The position numbers and the translations under genes were made by a program. The notes beneath the pieces were generated by a model, which made no database searches, was not told the DNA's origin, and worked only from the letters and a program-made list of their open reading frames with translations. From a virus (taxonomy: Duplodnaviria > Caudoviricetes): a stretch of DNA of 33,230 nucleotides. Positions 26,494 to 33,230 of the stretch are shown here, piece after piece (position 1 is the first letter of the stretch; every line of letters starts with the position of its first letter). The DNA is taken from IMG/VR virus record IMGVR_UViG_3300033485_000056, positions 1 through 33,230 of that record. One strand, 5' to 3'.

Positions 26494-26879
26494 TGCTTAA
26501 CGAGTGGTACTATGTAGCGTTTATAGGCAATGATAGTGGGTTATATGCTAAGTTCGAGAAGCAAGGCTTTACTCATTGCTTCATCTTTTATCCTATCAAT
26601 GAGAACCAATACTCAGTATTGGAGCATGGCAAAATGTATGTGCAGTTTGGTACTGTTACGCTAGAGCAGATAGAGGAACATATAGGAGATGGCATCATCA
26701 TTAAAGTTAAGAGTAAACGTATGCCAAGAGCTAAGTGGTGGTGGTGGATACCTACGCCTGATACTTGTGTTACAATTGTGAAACAAGTTCTAGGAATTCA
26801 TGCGCCTTTCGTATGGAGTCCTTATCAGCTATACAAACATATTAAAAGGAGTCACAAATGGGTGGAGGGGGTTTTTTAA
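26493..26879 (+). CDS. Hypothetical protein, permuted papain-like (H...C...SPYQLY)
   Basis: GFTHC, DTCV, WSPYQLYKHI; TAATG coupling. Confidence 0.5.
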   Translation: MLNEWYYVAFIGNDSGLYAKFEKQGFTHCFIFYPINENQYSVLEHGKMYVQFGTVTLEQIEEHIGDGIIIKVKSKRMPRAKWWWWIPTPDTCVTIVKQVLGIHAPFVWSPYQLYKHIKRSHKWVEGVF

Positions 26880-27193
26880 GTGCTATTACTAAGCCATTAG
26901 AATCTATTGCAAATAATCGATTAGTTCAAGGAGTCGCTACAGGAGGCCTTAGTGAAGTTTATAATAAACTTGAAAGCAGTGATACCATTAGAGGATTGAC
27001 CGGGCGTGAAACAAGCGCAGAGAAGGCAGCTAAAGGAGAGCAGCAGAAAGCACTAGGAGAAGCACAAGCATCAGCTCAATCAGACTTAGATGCTAGACGT
27101 AAGCGTATGGAGCTAAAGAAGCAAGGACGCGGTAGTTTACTGTCAGGTACAGAGCTAGGCATTACACCTGCAACAACCTCAACACTAGGGTAA
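26858..27193 (+). CDS. Small virion protein upstream of portal
   Basis: MGGG N-terminus, GRGSLLSG and terminal TLG, typical of this podophage position. Confidence 0.6.
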   Translation: MGGGGFLSAITKPLESIANNRLVQGVATGGLSEVYNKLESSDTIRGLTGRETSAEKAAKGEQQKALGEAQASAQSDLDARRKRMELKKQGRGSLLSGTELGITPATTSTLG

Positions 27194-27196
27194 CTT

Positions 27197-27373
27197 ATGT
27201 TTCAAACACAGAACTACACAATCATTTGGTGCGAGAAGTGCCAAGATAGAACCATCATTGAGCCGGGCAAATCATTCGATAAGCTCAACTGTAAATGCCA
27301 AGTAAAGGAAGAAGATGCAAGAGCTGAACCTAGAACAGATCATCAAGCGAAAAGAACACGCCAAAAACAATAA
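27197..27373 (+). CDS. Small Zn-ribbon-like protein (58 aa)
   Basis: WCEKC...CKC; overlaps portal start. Confidence 0.45.
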   Translation: MFQTQNYTIIWCEKCQDRTIIEPGKSFDKLNCKCQVKEEDARAEPRTDHQAKRTRQKQ

Positions 27374-28853
27374 GGATATGTGGCGCAGTCATTTAAAAGA
27401 CTGCTACAAGTATTCTATGCCTGAGCGTGAAACGCTTGATATGTACTCACCGGGGCAGAAGAAGAACCATGAGGTATTTGACTCAACTGCTATTATTGCG
27501 TTACAGAAGTATGCTAACCGTATGCAGTCACAAGTCGTACCGCCTTGGAAGCAATGGCTAGTCCTTAAAGCTGGTACAGATATCCCAGAGGAAGAACAAG
27601 AGAAAGCTAATGAGTATTTAGAGAGTGCTACTAAAATCATATTCGATAATATTAATCACTCTAACTTTGATACACAGATACATGAGGCGTTCTTAGACCT
27701 TGGTGTATCTACTGGTGCTATACTTGTAGAGGCTGGTGACGGCATTAAAACCTCATTGAAGTTTCGCTGTATATCACTATCTGAGCTTATCCCTGAGAAA
27801 ACATCACAAGGTAAGATCGATAATGTATTCCGTGAATTCAAGATGGCACTACGTGATATTCAAGAGATATGGCCTAATGCTAAACTATCACAGAACATGG
27901 AGAAAGACTTAGCTAAAGATGGTAGTGTAGAGGTTGAGCTAGTCGAGTGTGTGTATGAGTTTGAGACTAAACAGAAAGAGGATAAGTACCAGCACGTAAT
28001 CTTCCATGAGAAAGAGAAACATATCTTATTCAGCGAAACGCTAGACTCTAACCCGTTTATCGTATTCCGTGAAAGTGTAATACCGGGTGAAACTATTGGC
28101 CGTGGTCGTATTATGACGCTATTGCCTGACATTATGACACTCAATAAGATCGTAGAGTTCAACCTACGTAATGCGGCACTATCTGTAAGCGGTATCTATA
28201 CAGCAAGTGATGATGGTGTAATCAATCCATATACGCTACGATTACAGCCTGGTGCTATTATTCCCGTTGGTAGTAATGCAACTGATAATCCAACTCTTAG
28301 ACCATTAGAGCGTAGTGGTGACTTTAACATGGCACAGCTTATTATCCAAGAGTACCGTGAACTTATCAATAATGTTATGTTTGCTCAACCATTTGGACAA
28401 CTAAGCGAAACTCCAGTACGTACTGCTACTGAGATGGGTATCCGTCAAGAAGATTTAGTACAGACCTCAGCATCAGCGTTTGGCCGTATGCAGTCTGAGC
28501 TACTAGAGCCACTATTAAAGCGTGTTGTTGATATTCTAAAGAAGCAAGGGAAGCTACCTGAGTTCCGTGTAGATGGTAAAGAGGTAACGATTAAGTTCAC
28601 GTCACCTATGAGCCGTTCACAAGATATTGAGGAGTTATCAGCATTAGATAACTTCATGCAACACATGGTACAATTAGGGCCTGAGCTTATGCAACTTACC
28701 GTTAAGATGGAAGAAGTGCCTAAGTTTATTGCAGACAAATTAGGAGTTCCGATTACACTTCTAAGAAGTAAGCAGGAACAGCAAGAACTAGCACAGCAGA
28801 CTGCACAGAACGCTGAGGCTATGGCACAAGCACAACAAGGACAACCACAGTGA
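27315..28853 (+). CDS. Portal (head-tail connector, T7 gp8/Bbp21-like)
   Basis: FDSTAI, SNF...HEAFLDLGVSTG, GETIGRG, RTATE, FGRMQSELLEPL. Confidence 0.92.
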   Translation: MQELNLEQIIKRKEHAKNNKDMWRSHLKDCYKYSMPERETLDMYSPGQKKNHEVFDSTAIIALQKYANRMQSQVVPPWKQWLVLKAGTDIPEEEQEKANEYLESATKIIFDNINHSNFDTQIHEAFLDLGVSTGAILVEAGDGIKTSLKFRCISLSELIPEKTSQGKIDNVFREFKMALRDIQEIWPNAKLSQNMEKDLAKDGSVEVELVECVYEFETKQKEDKYQHVIFHEKEKHILFSETLDSNPFIVFRESVIPGETIGRGRIMTLLPDIMTLNKIVEFNLRNAALSVSGIYTASDDGVINPYTLRLQPGAIIPVGSNATDNPTLRPLERSGDFNMAQLIIQEYRELINNVMFAQPFGQLSETPVRTATEMGIRQEDLVQTSASAFGRMQSELLEPLLKRVVDILKKQGKLPEFRVDGKEVTIKFTSPMSRSQDIEELSALDNFMQHMVQLGPELMQLTVKMEEVPKFIADKLGVPITLLRSKQEQQELAQQTAQNAEAMAQAQQGQPQ

Positions 28854-29269
28854 TGGAAGAACTAACTCCTAGAATAAATAAGGAAAACCTGAAGTTAGTA
28901 CTTGACAACTATAGCTTAGGGCCATTAGTAACTTCAATATATCCTGATGGAAATAAAATGTATTGGACTCAACTATCAAAAATATGGAGAGTTCCTGAAG
29001 AACAAGCCCGTAATAGACTATGTGCTAACTGTGAGTATTTTAATAATACTACTCGTGCTATGGAATATATGAGTATAGTTCCTATTGACTCATTAGATGA
29101 AGATGGAGGTGGTAGAGGATACTGTGTAAAGTTTGACTTTATATGCCATAACCTTAGAACGTGCAGTGCTTGGGAAGAAAAAGAATTTGAAGAACCAGAT
29201 GATGAAGAAGATATGCCTCCTAAGACTGGAAACATAAAAAGCATGCTAACATTGAAAGGTAAATTATGA
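28850..29269 (+). CDS. Cys-rich hypothetical protein inserted in head module
   Basis: CANCEYF...GYC...C...CSAW. Confidence 0.6.
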   Translation: MMEELTPRINKENLKLVLDNYSLGPLVTSIYPDGNKMYWTQLSKIWRVPEEQARNRLCANCEYFNNTTRAMEYMSIVPIDSLDEDGGGRGYCVKFDFICHNLRTCSAWEEKEFEEPDDEEDMPPKTGNIKSMLTLKGKL

Positions 29270-29571
29270 GCTGGGAAAGCCTAGAAGCTATTACAGACCG
29301 TGACAATGAAGTACGCCAAGCATCAGAGATAGCAACAATGTATTTCTCATGCTTCGGTACAGATGCAGGACAACGAGTGTTAGAGGACTTGGTTAATAAG
29401 TTTCTTACTAAGCCTATCGTAAGACCTGGTGAAGATGCTTTCGCCCAAGGAATACGTGAGGGAAGAAGCGATTTAATTCGTCAAATTCTCATACAGATCG
29501 AATATGCTAAGAACCCACAATCAACAGAGAGTGGTGTATTTGCTTATCTTAAAAAACTACTAAGGAAATAA
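29266..29571 (+). CDS. Bbp19-like conserved phage protein
   Basis: FGTDAGQRVLEDL...REGRSDLIRQI. Confidence 0.7.
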   Translation: MSWESLEAITDRDNEVRQASEIATMYFSCFGTDAGQRVLEDLVNKFLTKPIVRPGEDAFAQGIREGRSDLIRQILIQIEYAKNPQSTESGVFAYLKKLLRK

Positions 29572-29572
29572 T

Positions 29573-30334
29573 ATGTTGGATACCGATACAAGCGCCCAAA
29601 CAGCAGAAACTAGCACACCGTCAATAGGTGAAGCTCCACAAGTATTTGATACTCAGGCAGTAGAAACAACTACTGAAACAACAGAAGCTCCAGCATCATG
29701 GATGTGGGGAGATGATATTACCGGTACAGGTGAAAAGCCAGAATGGTTTAAGGACTCTAAGTACAAGAGCGTATCAGAGCAAGCTAAGGCATATACTGAA
29801 CTAGAGAAACGTCTTGGTGGCTTCGTAGGTGCTCCTAAAGAAGGCTATCAGCTTAATGAAGAACTAGGAGTAAACTCTGATGACCCTTCGATTAAGGCTG
29901 TACTTGATGTACTAGGTAAGAGCAATGCTTCTAATGAAGTAGCTAATGAGTTGATAGCATCATACGTTGAGGCTCAACAAGCACAAGAAGAAGGACGTAG
30001 AGCTAAAGAGCTAGAGCTACTTGGCACTAACGCTGATTATCGTATCAATGCGATTAAAGAGTTTGCTACGTCTGCATTGCCTTCACACTTACAAGATACG
30101 TTTAATGGGATGGTAACTTCTGCTGCTGGCATTGAAGTAGTAGAAGCACTTATGAAGAAGATGCAAGGTTCAGCTGTTGCTCCTGATAGTGTCACTGCAT
30201 CAGCTAAGATGGATGGAAATAAACTTCGTGAGATGATGTTCGCTAAGAACGATAATGGACAGTTAAAGTCTAGTATCGACCCTGAGTACAAAAAGATGGT
30301 AGACAAAGCTTACCAAGAATTCTACGGACGATAA
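29573..30334 (+). CDS. Capsid scaffolding protein
   Basis: Acidic; AKAYTELEKRLG..APKEGY; DPEYKKMV. Confidence 0.8.
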   Translation: MLDTDTSAQTAETSTPSIGEAPQVFDTQAVETTTETTEAPASWMWGDDITGTGEKPEWFKDSKYKSVSEQAKAYTELEKRLGGFVGAPKEGYQLNEELGVNSDDPSIKAVLDVLGKSNASNEVANELIASYVEAQQAQEEGRRAKELELLGTNADYRINAIKEFATSALPSHLQDTFNGMVTSAAGIEVVEALMKKMQGSAVAPDSVTASAKMDGNKLREMMFAKNDNGQLKSSIDPEYKKMVDKAYQEFYGR

Positions 30335-30335
30335 T

Positions 30336-31121
30336 ATGATTTTGCCAAATGAAAGACTAGATACATTTAGCGGAGATGCAGTTACTGACCTATTGGCAAA
30401 TGTGGCATTAGGGCAAATACCTGACGCAAAGCTAGTTTATATTTTTGGTCATACTCCTGCTATTGCTGGAGGAAGCACAGCAGTGCTATGGCCTCTTGAT
30501 GGTACGCTATCTACTACTGGTATATTCCCAGCTAATCCAGTATCATGTTATATATCATCAGCAAGTACATTGGATGTAGGTAATGTATTAAAAATTAGAG
30601 TCCTTGATATAAACTATGATATAAAAGAATATGGGGTAACTCTCAATGGTCAGAATGCGGTTACATTACCTATACAGATTAGACGTGTGGCAAGCATAGA
30701 GAATATGGGAAGTACTGCATTTGTTGGTAATGTATATGCAGGTACAGAAGCAGTACCAGTAGCAGGAGTACCAGCTAGAATAAATACATTAAATATGGTC
30801 ATAGTAGAGGATCAAATATCGCACTCTGCTACTTATACAGTTCCAGCAGGCCATGTATTATTGGTAAATGAGTTTGGTGGAGGTACACCTACCCCAGATA
30901 GCATTAGAGTAAATGCTTTATTCTCTAATCCAGGAACTTCAGTATTTAAGATGGGCATGCACCTAGCTACATATAGGACTACAGTAACTCAGCGTGCAGC
31001 TTACTTTCCACTCATGGAAAAGACTGACTTATATCTATCTGCTACTGCATTCACAAATAACACTGAAGCCTACGGGTTTATCTTTGGAACACTATTGCCA
31101 GTCCACTATCTAAATATGTAG
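30336..31121 (+). CDS. Hypothetical beta-rich protein between scaffold and capsid
   Basis: 261-aa ORF; VTLNGQ and YTVPAG motifs. Confidence 0.6.
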   Translation: MILPNERLDTFSGDAVTDLLANVALGQIPDAKLVYIFGHTPAIAGGSTAVLWPLDGTLSTTGIFPANPVSCYISSASTLDVGNVLKIRVLDINYDIKEYGVTLNGQNAVTLPIQIRRVASIENMGSTAFVGNVYAGTEAVPVAGVPARINTLNMVIVEDQISHSATYTVPAGHVLLVNEFGGGTPTPDSIRVNALFSNPGTSVFKMGMHLATYRTTVTQRAAYFPLMEKTDLYLSATAFTNNTEAYGFIFGTLLPVHYLNM

Positions 31122-31126
31122 CGTAC

Positions 31127-31153
31127 TTTTATCTTTATATTATGTGATATGAT
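31127..31153 (+). promoter_or_regulatory. Putative capsid promoter
   Basis: TG-a-TATGAT (31145-53) with upstream T tracts. Confidence 0.5.
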
Positions 31154-31160
31154 TTTATTA

Positions 31161-31263
31161 CGAGTTCTGTATGTCTGAAAGATACCCGAAAGGCCCTATC
31201 AGAGTACGGTGTCGAGAAGTGGCCTGAAAAGTACCCACAATAGTAATTTAAAATAACACTATT
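31161..31263 (+). ncRNA. Structured 5' leader of the major capsid gene
   Basis: Three hairpins, two capped by GAAA tetraloops, ending just before the AAGGA SD. Confidence 0.55.
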
Positions 31264-31276
31264 ATAAGGACATACA

Positions 31277-32128
31277 ATGAGTAAAAATCTCTCAGCAGTT
31301 GCATCAACTCAGTTTGATGATATGGTAAAACACGCTTTCCAAACATCTGGTAAGCTTCGTAATTACGTAACCATTCGTAATAACATTGTAGGTGATACTT
31401 ACAAATTCCGTGCAATGGGTAAAGGACTTGCTACACAGCGTACAGCTCCGTCATCTGACACTATCCCAATGGATATCGCACATAGCTTGATTACTTGTAC
31501 TTTGACTAACTGGGATGCTGATGAATATTCAGACATCTTCGATCAAAAAGAAGTAAACTTTGATGAGGTTAATGAACTTGCTTCAACTATCTCTAGCGCT
31601 CTAGGTCGTCGTCTTGACCAATTGATTATCGATGCTTGTATTAACGCTGGTTCATACGCTGGTACTGTTGGTACTGACGTTGGTGGTGCTGGTACTGGTA
31701 TGAATATGGATAAAATCCGTAAGGCAAAGCGTTACTTGGATGACCAAGGCGTGCCTATGGACGGTCGTGTTATGCTTATCTCTGCAGCTGGTCTTGAAGG
31801 ACTACTTGGACAAACTCCAGTAACTTCTACTGACTACAACAGCGTTAAAGCTTTGGTTAATGGTGAGCTTGATACTTTCGTAGGCTTCAAGTTTGAAGTA
31901 ATTGAAACTCGTGCAGAGGGTGGATTGCCAATTACTGTTGGTTTGGTTCGTGATGGTTTTGCGTTCCACAAGGATGCACTAGGTCTTGCAGTAGGTATGG
32001 ACATTAGCACTAAGATTGACTGGATTGCTCAGAAGAAATCTTGGTTGTCTGCTGGTCAGATGAAGTCAGGCGCTATTGCTCGTGACGTTCTTGGTATCGT
32101 TAAGGTACAATCTACAGAGGTAGCGTAA
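31277..32128 (+). CDS. Major capsid protein
   Basis: ALGRRLDQLIIDA, TSTDYNSVKALVNGELDTFVGFKF; strong codon bias; position. Confidence 0.92.
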   Translation: MSKNLSAVASTQFDDMVKHAFQTSGKLRNYVTIRNNIVGDTYKFRAMGKGLATQRTAPSSDTIPMDIAHSLITCTLTNWDADEYSDIFDQKEVNFDEVNELASTISSALGRRLDQLIIDACINAGSYAGTVGTDVGGAGTGMNMDKIRKAKRYLDDQGVPMDGRVMLISAAGLEGLLGQTPVTSTDYNSVKALVNGELDTFVGFKFEVIETRAEGGLPITVGLVRDGFAFHKDALGLAVGMDISTKIDWIAQKKSWLSAGQMKSGAIARDVLGIVKVQSTEVA

Positions 32129-32155
32129 GCTACTCTCTAACATAAAGGAATTACT

Positions 32156-32401
32156 ATGGCATTTGTACGTAAAAATTTACAGTGTATTTCAGGTGGGGGT
32201 TCTAATGCTCCTCAATTATTTTCTTTGCTATCTACTGATACAAAGTTATTGACTCTTGGTGCTAACTATCTTGATGGGGCGCTTAAGATACTTGCAGTTG
32301 GTGATTTTATTATCGCTCGTTGTTCTGATGGCGCACAGCTTATGAGTGTTGCTACCAATGATGGTACACATGTCACTACAATCGTTATCGCACTAGCGTA
32401 A
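32156..32401 (+). CDS. Probable capsid decoration/cement protein
   Basis: 81 aa, after MCP; GANYL...LAVGDFI. Confidence 0.55.
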   Translation: MAFVRKNLQCISGGGSNAPQLFSLLSTDTKLLTLGANYLDGALKILAVGDFIIARCSDGAQLMSVATNDGTHVTTIVIALA

Positions 32402-32406
32402 TCATT

Positions 32407-32430
32407 AGAGGGGTTTACCCTCTCTTCTTT
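32407..32430 (+). terminator. Putative intrinsic terminator
   Basis: AGAGGG-gttta-CCCTCT followed by CTTCTTT. Confidence 0.55.
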
Positions 32431-32469
32431 AATGTGTTAAAATATCGTTAATAAATTAAAGGGGAGCCT

Positions 32470-33024
32470 ATGGCCACTTCCAAAGTATCAATCTGCTCAA
32501 ATGCCCTCATCTTACTAGGGGATGCTCCTATATCTTCATTCGATGACCCGGGAGCAGGAGCTACAACCGCTTCAAATCTATATGAATCAAGCTATCAAAA
32601 CATTCTATCTATGCACCGATGGCGTTTTGCTTCAAAGAAATCACCACTTTCACGCTTTACCGATACTCCGTTAAACCAATATCAGCACCAATATCAAATC
32701 CCTACGGACTGTATCGCAGTTATCACCGTATATCCAGTTGGAGATTATGAGATTTACGATGACCGTATCTTTTCAAATAGCTCTAGTATTGACCTTGACT
32801 ATGTATACCGTGTTGATGAAAGTAAGTTGCCTCTATGGTTTGCTAAGACTATGGAGTTTTACTTAGCTATGCAGTTCGCTATTCCAGTCACTGGTAATAG
32901 CACCCGACTAGGTGAGATGCAACAGCTATTCACTCAACAATTACGTTCAGCTAAGAACATTGACTCTACTATCAGACCTAACGCAGGAGTATTTGACAGT
33001 CCATTTACTTCGATTCGGTGGTAA
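32470..33024 (+). CDS. Tail tubular protein A / adaptor (gp11-like)
   Basis: VSICSNALILLG..PISSF, HRWRFA, YQIPTDC. Confidence 0.85.
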   Translation: MATSKVSICSNALILLGDAPISSFDDPGAGATTASNLYESSYQNILSMHRWRFASKKSPLSRFTDTPLNQYQHQYQIPTDCIAVITVYPVGDYEIYDDRIFSNSSSIDLDYVYRVDESKLPLWFAKTMEFYLAMQFAIPVTGNSTRLGEMQQLFTQQLRSAKNIDSTIRPNAGVFDSPFTSIRW

Positions 33025-33025
33025 T

Positions 33026-33230
33026 ATGAGAACTAAAGTATTACAGACTAACTTTACTGGTGGTGAGATTAGCGAAACACTAGCAGGACGCACCGAGCTA
33101 GAGAAGTATTACAAGTCATGCTCTGCCGCCGAGAATGTAGTCATCATGCCTCATGGCGGTTTAAAGCGTAGACCCGGTATGTCACGGGTATCTGGTAGCT
33201 ACATTAATAAGTATTGTCGTTTAGAGTCGT
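33026..33230 (+). CDS. 5' part of tail tubular protein B (nozzle); continues across the origin to 1599 (558 aa total)
   Basis: ATG at 33026 gives MRTKVLQTNFTGGEISETLAGR...ENVVIMPHGGLKRRPG, the typical N-terminus of this family, in frame with ORF 43..1599. Confidence 0.9.
   Translation, partial: MRTKVLQTNFTGGEISETLAGRTELEKYYKSCSAAENVVIMPHGGLKRRPGMSRVSGSYINKYCRLES
33104..33230. repeat. Terminal direct repeat (copy of 1-127)
   Basis: AAGTATTACAAG...TTAGAGTCGT identical to contig start. Confidence 0.97.

Noticed and set aside
1275-30306. Numerous minus-strand ORFs in the track
   Set aside because: Antisense shadows of well-supported + strand genes with no recognisable motifs.
32116-32155. Capsid stop in a GTAA-loop hairpin, in frame with the next gene (readthrough fusion)
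   Set aside because: A second in-frame TAA at 32138-40 blocks fusion; the hairpin lacks a U tract and is probably a stabilising element.
33104-33230. Biological terminal repeat
   Set aside because: 127 nt equals a common assembler k-mer and lies mid-gene; it shows circularity only.

Overview
This window is almost certainly a complete circular phage genome of 33,103 bp; bases 1-127 repeat at 33104-33230, typical of an assembly k-mer overlap. All credible genes lie on the + strand. A T7/BPP-1-like podovirus virion module runs 24561-33230 and wraps to 1-10020 (terminases, portal, scaffold, capsid, tail tubes A/B, ejection proteins, tail fibre). It is followed by a holin/M15 endolysin cassette and a lambdoid-style early region (antirepressor, replication initiator, two methyltransferases, Bet/RecT, MBL hydrolase, SSB, RusA). 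The SSB sequence points to a Campylobacterota host. I found no integrase, CI-type repressor or ParA. The non-coding DNA is the most interesting part. (1) A predicted ~110-nt sRNA at 11.52-11.63 kb is antisense to the SD+AUG region of about six early genes, including the first gene behind each of three identical palindromic promoters. (2) A C4/P4-CI-like cloverleaf RNA has loops that match the antirepressor start region. (3) A ~470-bp array of long-stem RNA units is delimited by a self-complementary AGAGCTTTT linker. Together these suggest an RNA-based early-gene switch. All calls come from manual reading and motif recall; no database searches or folding programs were run.
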